From Mobula hypostoma (Eukaryota), in contig NC_086097.1 in NCBI RefSeq assembly GCF_963921235.1, positions 177,198,001-177,262,000 of the forward strand: a stretch of 64,000 nucleotides of DNA, read 5' to 3'. Shown one piece after another: positions 53,856 to 63,868 of the stretch (positions are counted from its first letter, which is position 1; the number at the start of each line of letters is the position of its first letter). The translations under genes and the position numbers were made by a program. Below the pieces are notes generated by a model that worked only from the letters and a program-made list of their open reading frames with translations, had not been told where the DNA came from and searched no databases.

Positions 53856-54239
53856 GTGGCCTTGAGATTTACAATGTGAAAACTAACAAGAGATAAACAA
53901 GCAACACACACAAAAAATGCTGGTGAACGCAGCAGGCCAGGCAGCATCTCTAGAAAGAGGTACAGTCGATGTTTTGGGCCAAGACCCTTCATCAGGACTA
54001 ACGAAAAGAAGAGATATTAAGAGAAAGTGGGAGGGGGAGGGGGAGATCTGAAAGGATAGAAGAAGACAGGAGCGGGAGGGATGGAGCTAAGAGCTGGAAA
54101 GTTGATTGGCAAAAGGGATACCAGGCTGGAGCAGGGAGAGGGGTCATGGGATGAGAGGTCTAGGGAGAAAGAAATGGGGAGGGTGGGGGAAAGCCCAGAG
54201 GATGGGCAAGGAGTGATACAACAATGTGATTTACACCAG

Positions 54240-56175
54240 AATTGAGCAGCAAATTCATTAAAATAGAATTGGACTCTGGCTTGGCTGTTTCAGTCATTCT
54301 ACAAAATGAGCTTGAATGGCATTTTAAAGAAACTGAAGTGAAGCCTGCAGGTATCTAACTAAGAACTCCTGTGGTAATGACACTTGTAACAGTAAAATAC
54401 AACAACCAACAAGCCATACGGGGCTCGTATGTAGTAAAAACGGGAGGGCCAGAATTGTGGGCCATGAGTAGCTGTGACAACTACAACTTGATTGGTGATC
54501 CTTCCACAATTTGCACTGCACATCCCCTGTGAAAGAGTCAACTAAAAGTGAATTAAGAAAGGTAATGGATGATGGCACCGCACCGTTCAAAAATGGTGTT
54601 GGAAAGCTCAAACATATCGAGGGTAAAATAGTATTAAATGAAAATGCCACCCCAAATTTTTACAAAGCTCATCTATTTCCTTATATCCTCCTTGATAAAG
54701 TAGCCAGTGAGCTAGATTACATGTAGGCTGAAAGAATTCATCCAAGGTTGAGTGTAGCCTTTGAACAACACTAGTGGTCTCAGTAGGCAAGAAAAATGGT
54801 TCTGTCAGAATCTATGGTGATTTTGAAGTCACCATCAACTCAGTACTGAAAGTAGATCAATACTTCCAGAAAGGAATTCAAACACTTCAGCAAAGCAAAC
54901 TTAGCTGGGGCCTTCCTACAGATGGAGGTAGAAGAAGAGTCCAAAATGTTTCTCACTGCAAACACTCATAAAGGGCTGTATTGCTATAATAGGCTTAGTT
55001 TTGGAGCAGCATTTGCATCTTCACTTTGGCAGAAAGCCAAGGATCAGGTGCTACAAGACTGCCCAGGCACTCAGTATTACTTGGGTGGCATCATTGTTAC
55101 TGGTGGGGTTGACAAGGAACATCTCCAAAATCTCAGGGCAGTGTTAAAAGGATAAGAGGATTATGGGCTCAGTGCATGATGTGACAAGTGTGAATTGTTT
55201 AAGCCAAGCATCACTTACCATTGACACACAAGGATACACAAGTGTGCTGAGAAAATTTAAGTGGCAGAGGGTGCCTCAAGGCCAAAGGATGTGAAGCAGA
55301 TGTGGTCCTTTTTTAGGATTGGTCAATTACTATCGCAGGATTCTGCCAGGCCTGATTACTGTGTTCCACCCCTTGAACATATTACTACAATTGTGAAGCA
55401 ATGGCAATAGACAAAGCAGTGTGAGGTGGCTTTCCAAAAGGCAAAGGCAATGGGAACGCCAGACACCGTACTGACACTTTGTGATCCATGTCATGTAGGA
55501 AAGCTTGCCTGTGACACCTCAGCTACAGGTGCAGTCATGTCACATGTTATGAGTGATGGAAGTGGGCACCCCACAGGCTTCCATCATATTTCCTTATCAC
55601 TGTAGAGAAAAATTACATACAGATTGACAGAGAGGCCTTAAATCTGGATTTGGGTGTAAAATGTTTCAACCAGTCCTTGTATGGGAGGGAGGTTAGCCTC
55701 ATTACTAATCATCAATCCACAGAAGGGTGTTCCACTAGTAGCAGCAACACAAATGCAGAGACAAGCTGTTTCTTGAAGAACACAATTAGAAGATTGAATT
55801 CAAGGAAACAATAAGTCACGGAAATGACACTGGATTGTTCCATTTACTCTTGAATAAGGAAATACCGAAAAATTTACGAAATCAAACTCTCTTCAACATA
55901 TTCTCCCTCATGTTAAGTCTCTCTAGTATGGCAGAGATGATCCAGAGTGTGACCAGAAAAGGCCCTACACAGTCTCAGGTCTACATGGCTAAATACATGG
56001 CAAAATGGCTAAATTGTGCATCAGGAGCTTCAGCTCCCTGTTTTTACCAATGCTGGGATGAGCTTGTCCTTGACAGCATTGCCTTATGTGGTGATTGAGA
56101 ATTGTTGTACCATCTAAGCTGAGAGCTAAAGTGCTGGAGGAGCTACAGGACGGCCTTCTAGATGTGGTCAAACCA
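54240..56175 (+). pseudogene. Gypsy pol relic (protease, RT, RNase H, start of integrase)
   Basis: KKNGSVRIYGDF, NTHKGLYCYNRLSFG, YYLGGIIVTG (YLDD mutated), LACD, YIQIDREAL. Many stops and frameshifts, and the integrase core is deleted. Confidence 0.85.
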
Positions 56176-57134
56176 AGGTGAGAAAAAGTGAGTGAGTACT
56201 TGGGAAGATTAAGGACAGACCAAGACTGCTCTCCTACACAGTGGAGACTGTGTCTGATGTCACCTGGAGGTGATACGTAGGGCAGCTGAGGACTGCTGAG
56301 TCAATTTTTAGAGAAGAAATATTTCCAGAGCTGTCAGAACTACTTCCTGCAGTCCCAGAGTCAAATCCTACAACCACCATGGAGAAGGTCCCAGAATCTG
56401 GGATTGTTTCACAGCCACAAGTTTCACCAGCCAAGCAGATGCGATGAGTTAAGATACATTTTATCTTGAGCTGGAATTGATAGGTAAGCAGGGAAGAGTG
56501 AACTATATTTAATATTTCAGCAATATAAGTAATATTGTAAGAATATTGTTTGATTGAGCATTCTTTGTTTGTTTACATAATTCATTACAGGTTATCTGTA
56601 AGAAGTAGGGTACTAGCATATGTTATTATGTCAGCACAACATACCAGCACCTCACGAAAGAAAAGGTAAGAAAAAATTGCATTTTCCTTTTGATTATTTT
56701 CTGGCATTCCAAAATGTAACAGTTTTCTCTGAAGTGGCAGAGGCTAAGGGGAGATCTAATACAGGTTATTGGAGGCATAGATGGAGTAGACAGACAATAT
56801 CTTTTTCTAAAGGTTGAAATGTCTAAAATCAGAGAACATGGATTTAAGGTAATTTCAAAGGAGAAGAGAGGGGCAAGGTTTTTTTTTACACAGAAAGTGG
56901 TGAATGCCTGGAATACGTGTCTGGGGTGGTGGTAGAGGAGACTTTTAAGAGTCATATAGATAGATACATGATTGTGAGGAATGTGGAAGAATATAGACAC
57001 TGTGCAGTCAGAAGTTTTTACCAGCCAGTTGATTACTAATTTAATTGTTTTGGCATAACATTGTTGGCCAAAGGGCCTGTTCCTTGTTGGAGTGAATTTT
57101 GTGATTAGCACATTTGTAGTGTTCTTGTGCAGTG

Positions 57135-57760
57135 TGTTGAAACTCTGACTAAACGCCAAGTTAAACCGGAGCCAATGAAGACAGAGTCGTAGTAAGGTTA
57201 ACCACTTACTGTTCACTCTTCCACATTAACATCGTATGGTGAAAACTGTTGATAAAAAAATACAAACATATACAGCGTCTGTTTCATTCTGGAGACCACC
57301 CGCGCTCTCTTCTTTTAGCGAGCATCTCCAGCCGGCCCGAGTAGGGAGCGAGGGGGTCGTGTCAAACCACCATCAGGCCCGGGCCCACCCTGCGTTTGAA
57401 ATTGAAAAGCCGACACGCGCGCCGCTTCAACCACCGCTTCCCTTAACAGAAACCACGTTAATATTTTTACTCCAAATACTTTCTTATGAACTTACGGCGT
57501 TGCTTCTATAATGTTTCTTTGTGGGTAGAAACGGAGCTCTTCACGATCATGCTGCATGCAGGGCACCCGCCTTCTCACCTTCTTCGAACCAGACGCGGCG
57601 AAACCATAGGTGACGTCATCACATGCCGCAATATACCATTGTCTACCTTTGTTAAACTGTAACATATTTATCAACCTTTAACTTTAACTAAAAAATAGTT
57701 ACAAACAAACTATTTAAAACATAGACCCAACAAGGTCAAATAAATGCCTTAAGGGCAACA
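57135..57760. mobile_element. Probable solo LTR of another family nested in the ERV 5' LTR
   Basis: TGTTG...CAACA termini around a CpG-rich 626-bp block. Flanks CAGTG / CAACG are only an imperfect TSD. Confidence 0.55.
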
Positions 57761-58070
57761 CAACGTTTACTTTAGCGAATGACTTCTCAGCCACCAATCT
57801 TCAAATCTGAATGTAAATTGTAGATTTAATTTAAATGAACAATAAGTTCCTAAAAACCATGAATCATAGACTAGACAACGCTGATTAAAATTCATTTAGA
57901 TGTCTGTGGTGTGGGCGCAAATCAAGTGTGAAGTTGGTGTGTAGTTTCAAAGAAAGCATTGCAAAAATGGAATTGTTCTTTGCTGCTTAGCACATAAAAT
58001 GTGTGTTATGTTGAAAAAAGAAGCTGCATCATGTCCACTATTACTCTGGTGACTTCATTCATGCAACATT

Positions 58071-58088
58071 TAGTCTCAGGATTGTGAT
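58071..58088 (+). promoter_or_regulatory. Degenerate primer-binding site, tRNA-Leu-like
   Basis: TAGTCTCAGGATTGTGAT lies 2 nt after the LTR end and matches TGGTGTCAGGAGTGGGAT (complement of the tRNA-Leu 3' end, from memory) at 14/18 positions. Confidence 0.65.
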
Positions 58089-58130
58089 ACTTTCATGCAA
58101 GTGATGTGGCCAGTGATCTTAGCTGACTAA

Positions 58131-58859
58131 AGGCTGATTTATACTTCTGCGTAGTAGCCTACGCCATTGTGAGCATTTATACTTGTGCATTGGTGTGTCT
58201 GCGTTGCTCTGCAATTCACCGCCAAAACGCTAGTTGGCGGTGGGGTTTCTATGCCACTGTGTTGAGTTTCTTCATGTTGAAACTCAAGACGAGGAAACTC
58301 AAACTTCAAACAATGGCGACTGAAGCTGAAGGAGGGTGAATTTTCTGTGCTTGTCCGGCCACTGAGAGACATGGATGAGGAAATGTATTTCAAATATTTT
58401 CGGATGTTGGCAGGTAGATTTGACGATTTGGTTCATCGTCTCCAACCATTTATTTCGCATCAGTGTACGCACAGTATACTCAGAGACTGGCAATCACCAT
58501 TCGAGTTTTAGCTTCAGGTGGAAGTCAACAGGCTGTAGCAGTTAGCTACAAACTGGCGTCAAGCACAGGGTCCTCCATAATTTCGGAGGTCTGTAAAGCT
58601 TTATGGAAAGCATTGCAGCCAGAGTTCCTTCCCTGCCCTTCAGTCGCCCAATGGGAAGCTATTGCAGCGTAGGAGGAAATGCGATGCTACCAAGCAGACC
58701 AATCACAGTTGTTGAGGTCTGCGTTGCCGCGACGTGTAGTTACATTTTTGGGGTGGTGCACGTCAGACTACCGCGTAGGTACGGCATAGGGTGCAGCGTA
58801 GGGTTCACGGCTATGCTGTACCTACGGCGTCGATTTGACGCAGTAGTATAAATTGGCCT
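58131..58859 (+). mobile_element. PIF/Harbinger non-autonomous deletion derivative
   Basis: 22-bp TIRs AGGCTGATTTATACTTCTGCGT / ACGCAGTAGTATAAATTGGCCT, flanked by TAA and TTA. Transposase N-terminal relic YFKYFRM...RFDDL and [15 protein letters not shown]...[21 protein letters not shown] domain absent. Confidence 0.9.
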
Positions 58860-59463
58860 TTAGCTGGTGAGTATTCTTAAAACTAGCACTCACACTTGGA
58901 TCTTTTCGGGTCAGGGACACACGAGAACATGAAGTATCACGAACACGGAGAGCTGGACGAGAAGATACAAAAGTAGTGTGTGTGCGTACATGTGTGTTTG
59001 TGTAAGAGACAACGTTTTGTGTGTTAATCTGATGAGACAGAGCAAAGGGTTGTTATCGAAGGTTCAGGACTCCACTGGGGGCGGGTTGGTGTGTGTATAC
59101 TCATTCCAGAGCCACATTTTAGCTTACACAGTTTCGGAGTGTGATGCTAAGGAATACATCATGAGTTCGGGTGCTCAAAAGTGGCAGATTGTGGAGTGCA
59201 TACTCTGCGGTTTTAAGTATATGCTGTTTAACTGGTACCCATCATTTATATTTTATGTAGTGTGGGAATTAGTGCAGGGTATTTCAGGGAGAGGTTTTAC
59301 CAAGGTGTGTCTGTGCGCATGCGCCAGTCGTGCATGCAGTCTGTTACAGCCGTTCCGATCAGTATTCTTAAACACAAAATAATCTGCAGATGCTGTTGTC
59401 AAAGGAACACTCACAATGTGCTGGAGGAACTCAGCAGGTCAGTCAGCATCAGTTGAAAGGATT

Positions 59464-59499
59464 AGTCGACGTTTCGGGCCGAAACCCTTCGTCAGGATT
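59464..59499 (-). ncRNA. Minimal type I hammerhead ribozyme motif in Penelope pseudo-LTR
   Basis: Minus strand reads AATC-CTGACGA-A-GGGT-TTCG-GCCC-GAAA-CG-TC-GACT. Core is intact, with one mismatch in helix I. Confidence 0.7.
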
Positions 59500-60271
59500 G
59501 AAGGAAAAACTTTGGGGAGGGTTTGAAGAATGCTGGTAGTTGAAAAAAACAGTAATTTGAAAGACAAAGGGGTGGGGGAGGGGCAGCAGGGAGGTGATTG
59601 GCAGGAGAACAGTGCACAGTAGTAGAAGGAGGCAGAACCATGAGGGAGGTGATGCAAAATAGGGATAGGGAAAGGGAGGGGGAGGGAATTACCGGAAGTT
59701 GGAGAATTCTATATTCATACCAAGGGGCTGGAGACTACCTAGACGGTATATGAGGTGTTGCTCCTCCAACCTGAGTTTAGCCTCATCATGGCAGTAGAGG
59801 AGGCCATGTATGGACATATCTGAATGGGAGTGGGAAGCAGAGTTGAAGTGGGTGGCTACCGGGAGATCCTGTCTGTTGTGGCCGACGGAGTGGAGGTGCC
59901 CGACGAAGCGGTCCCCCAATCTGCGTCAATCTGCTTCCCATTCCCATTCAGATATGTCCATACGTGGCCTCCTCTACAGCCATAATGAGGCTAAACTCAG
60001 GTTGGAGGAGCAACACCTCATATACTGTCTAGGTAGTCTCAAGCCCCTTGGTATGAACATAGAATTCTCCAACTTCCGGTAATTCCCTCCCCCTCCCTTC
60101 CCCTATCCCTATTTCACATCACCTCCCTCATGGTTCTGCCTCATTCTACTACTGTGCACTGTTCTCCTGCCAATCACCTCCCTGCTTCCCCTCCCCCACC
60201 CCTTTGTCTTTCAAATTACTATTTTTTTCAACTACCAGCATTCGTCAAACCCTCCCCAAAGTTCTTCCTCC

Positions 60272-60307
60272 AGTCCTGACGAAGGGTTTCGGCCCGAAAC
60301 ATCGACT
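60272..60307 (+). ncRNA. Minimal type I hammerhead ribozyme motif in Penelope pseudo-LTR
   Basis: AGTC-CTGACGA-A-GGGT-TTCG-GCCC-GAAA-CA-TC-GACT. Helix I (AGTC/GACT) is intact, but the helix III palindrome ACGT is mutated to ACAT. Confidence 0.65.
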
Positions 60308-60415
60308 AATCTTTTCAACTGATGCTGACTGACCTGCTGAGTTCCTCCAGCACATTGTGAGTGTTCCAATCAGTACTCTTACCTTTTAACTTATGTTATT
60401 TGTTGTATTTTTTTT

Positions 60416-61272
60416 TCACGGTACACGTTGAAGCTGCACCCTCTCTAACATGCTGATAGAGAGAGTTTTATTTGGGTTTTTAGTGCTGGAAATAGTTACA
60501 TCCCGACACGCGGGACAGAAGCATGGTCACATTGTTTATTCCAGGGACCAGCTGATTGCGCTTATGCCGGCCGGTTTAGCGAGCAGAGCGGCGGACACCC
60601 CTGCTGAAGTCTGGAGGAAAACACACAGAGGATGCAGAGGGGGGATCACAAAAGCGAGGAAAGAGGACTGGGTCGAGACAACTGAGACATGGAGAAGTAG
60701 AGTTCGGTGGGTAATAAAATGGACGAGTTCACGGTGCTAGCCAGGAGTCAGAGAACATTTCGAGAGAGCAATGTTATGTGTTTCACTGGAATGGGGCTGC
60801 ACGAGGACATACCCGATCAAAACTTCTCCATGGACGGCTTCCAGACCGTTCCGGCTGACGGAAAGTGCACTGAGAGCGGTAAGCGTAAAAGGAGTTGGGT
60901 GCTTACTGTTCTGGTTAACAACAGATGGTGCAATCCGGGTCATATTACGATCGAGAACGTGTTTGTAGACCGGATATTGAACTTTTTACTGTTGGACTTC
61001 GGCCACATTCCACTGTGATACAACACTGGGCGGCACGGGAGGTCGTTCCTGCCTGTGGCCATCGAACGTGCAGCTCCTCCCGTGGAGGGTCAGACACCCT
61101 GAGCCAATAGACTGGTCCTGGACTTTTTCCCATTTGGCATAGTTTGCATTTTGTTGTTGATTGTTTGTGGTTTTTGTATTGCTATATTTATGCTCCATTC
61201 TTGGTTGGTGCAGCTGTAACGAAACCCAGTTTCCCTCGGGATCAATAAAGTATATCTATCTATCTAGCTATC
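60416..61272 (+). mobile_element. Internally deleted Rex1/Babar element (5' end and endonuclease start fused to 3' tail)
   Basis: HIVYSRDQLIAL and GNKMDEF...VMCFT...DGFQTV...VNNRWCN, then directly 'gtttccctcgggatcaataaagta' plus (tatc)n tail. Confidence 0.8.
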
Positions 61273-63504
61273 TGTCAGGATGGCACCTACCAAGGTCAGG
61301 CAATATCAGATCAGGAACCCTGATGATCCAAGCCAGCTCTTGACTCTGATTACAAACGTTCATAAACACTTCACCCTGGGAGAAACAAAGCATTTTGTCA
61401 GAGTTGCCCTCACTTAAAGTCACATGTGAGAATTCGGAATTCTGGTGCAAGCTTGAGGAAGTGGTTGAAATTCACCAGATACACCCCAAAGATATACACG
61501 AGTTGGTCAAACTGAAGTGCCTGAGAAATATGTGGGACTGTTTGGCCCAGGGGGTGCAGGGTCGTACATGGGCAACTACCGGGAACACTAGCAATGAAGA
61601 AAGATATTGCTCTTTTAAAGGGGAAGTGAGGCAGCGGCTCAGAGGGAGGTGAGAGTAACTGGGGAGTGATAATAGCAGTGATTCAAAGAGTTGATGAGCC
61701 AGCATGGATTATGAAGAATGCAAATATCGAACATCAGAGGAGTATTGAGGGTTGGATAATCCAGGGAGGAATGATTCAGCCTTCCTGAAAATGCTGAAGG
61801 AAGGCCTGAGCCCAGCTTAGATTTAGGGATAGTGGTGGGGTCAGCCTACTCTGCGATCATTTTATAGGCCAAAGAGAAAGACAAAAGAAATTACAAGAAA
61901 AAAGGTAATGTGGCTATAGTCGATGCAGCTACTGTGACAGCACATAGGATTTGCTTTGTGTGCCGGCTGCCAGGGCACGAAGCAAGGAACAGCTGGAATA
62001 GACATGGGAGGGTAAAGGAGTTGATATGCTATCGCTGAGGCCTTCAGGCCATAGTTGGAGACAGTGTCCAAAAAAGAGTAAAAAAAAACAGGTGAAAGTC
62101 ACAGCAGACATGCAATCTCTACCCCATCAGTGCCCAGGCTAACCCAGCTGACTCTCGGTCAGGTTTTAGAGCTGATGAAAGCAGCGTCGAGGTTGTAAAA
62201 TGATGTTGCGGCGGTCCCCACTGCCAGTGCTGGTGACCCACGGATATATACAACAGCATTATCAGGGGTCCGGCAATGAGATGTGTTAGTGGACACAGGG
62301 GCATCAATATTGATAACTGACAATAACCAGACAAGCTATTAGTATTACGGGTGGTAGGAGGGAAAACAGTGAAAACAGAAAGAAGCAAGTCACGAATACT
62401 TGAAATCGGCAGACTGCAGCTTCCAGTGTATTTCTGGATCTGTCCAAATAATGAGGGTACTATCCTTGGACTAGATATCCTAAAGGAAGCCGGGACCATT
62501 ATAGATTCGGGAAAGGGAGAAATAATATGGACAAGCCAGGGGCAGTGAACATATGTGCAACCACCAGAGAACACAATATAGCCAGCATAACCACACTGAC
62601 AGCAGTTCAGAGCAAAGTGAAGGAACTAAAACACCAGGGGATACCCAGAGAGACTGCATCAACTACCAACTCCCCTATGTGGCCAGTAAAGAAACCTGAC
62701 GGATCATGTCAGTTAATAATAGACTGTACCACCCTTAATAAAACCAGTCGACCAGCTTACAATATGTAGATGATCTACCAATTGTTTTGGAAAATGAAGC
62801 AGGTCATTTAGGGGTGATAGCCAGTGTTTTAGAGACGAGGGGTTTAAAATCAGTCCACGGAGGCTCAGATAGGAAAAGAAACTGTACAGTACCTTGGCAA
62901 CACCATTTCCCATGGGAGGAAGGACATGTCAGATGACAGACGTTCTGCAATCAGCTTCATGCCCACCCAGTAAACATTAGGGGAGTGAAGAGTTTAATGG
63001 ATCTATTTAATTACTGCCAGGATTCTCAGCACTAGTGGCCCCGATACAGGCCCGATTAAAGGAGGGAAGCCCCCTCTGGAGGAAGTAATATGGGGGCCAG
63101 AAGAGGAGAAGGCTTTTACAGATATCACGAAAGCCCTGGTCTCTCCACCTGCACAAGGGTTACCAGATGCAGCTCGCCCCTTTCGCCTGTACTGGAGCAA
63201 TGAGGGAGGGCACTACAACACAGTGTGTCTGCCAGCAGAGGTGGCCATAACTGAAGTAAAGGGCAGAGTGAGGAGCAGAAGGGAAGCGAGTGGGCAGACA
63301 TCAATGTGAAGAAGGCAGCAGAGAAACAAGAGGCAATTGAAAGTACGTACAGGAAGAAACACTGGAAAGCCAGTTTAATAAAATTATATGAAGAGGTGGA
63401 GGCAGAAGGGAAGGAGAAAGGGAGCAAAGGAGAGACCAGGTAGGAGTTGGACCCAGGGGGAGGAAGGAGTCGTGGTGGCCCCACCATGTATTAGGCAGAT
63501 ACTG

Positions 63505-63868
63505 ATTCAAGATTCAAGATTCAAAAAACTTTATTGTCATTCTAACCGTACATCAGCTCTGCAGGGCAGAATGAGACAGCGTTTCTCAGGAGCAGTGCAA
63601 TCATAACATAACAAACGCAACATTAAATAATAAACATAACAATAAATAGTAAAACACAACAGCCACATGTCAGTTAAAATCAAGTTATAAGTGACCAGTG
63701 CAAGTTAAAAGTGTCCAAAGCAGAGTCAGGTAGAGCAGCTATTTAGCAGTCCGACTGCCTGTGGGAGGAAGCTGTTTAGTAGCCTTGTGGTTTTAGTTTT
63801 GATGCTCCTGTAATGTTTGCCTGATGGCAGAAGAACAAACAGTTCATAGAGAGGGTGCGAGGGGTCTG
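63505..63868 (-). mobile_element. Rex1/Babar 3' end nested in ERV pol
   Basis: (attcaag)n tail, 'ctttattgtcatt', and reverse-strand LFVLLPSGK...NSFLPQAV motifs. Confidence 0.8.

Larger units (their letters stand above)
52255..56721 (+). mobile_element. Gypsy/Ty3 LTR retrotransposon, both LTRs present, degraded
   Basis: 5-bp TSD GTTTT (52250-52254, 56722-56726). 5' LTR 52255-52866 contains a CR1 insert at about 52401-52754. PBS-like TGGCAACAAAG follows it. PPT AGCAGGGAAGAG precedes the 3' LTR 56499-56721. Gag, protease (IELDSGLAVS), RT and RNase H relics are present. Penelope insert at about 53897-54213. Confidence 0.93.
49590..57084 (+). mobile_element. CR1 LINE acting as host: parts about 49590-50200, 51960-52254 and 56722-57084
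   Basis: APE motif VVMGDFNFPNINW. The sequence resumes across each insertion ('ggcaagtccacatcgaacatg' to 'tggaggatatttaaagacc'; 'aggatggtttt' to 'gttttctctgaagtggcagagg'). Ends in the CR1 tail 'ggccaaagggcctgttcct'. Confidence 0.8.
59371..60367. mobile_element. Penelope insertion forming a ~1-kb inverted repeat
   Basis: Arms 59404-59841 and 59930-60367 are near-identical reverse complements. ORFs 59689..59919(-) and 59810..60082(+) end in near-identical sequence (LEEQHLIY...LGMNIEFSNFR). Confidence 0.95.

Noticed and set aside
58300..58672. Host HARBI1-like gene exon
   Set aside because: It lies between Harbinger TIRs, is frameshifted and lacks the catalytic domain.
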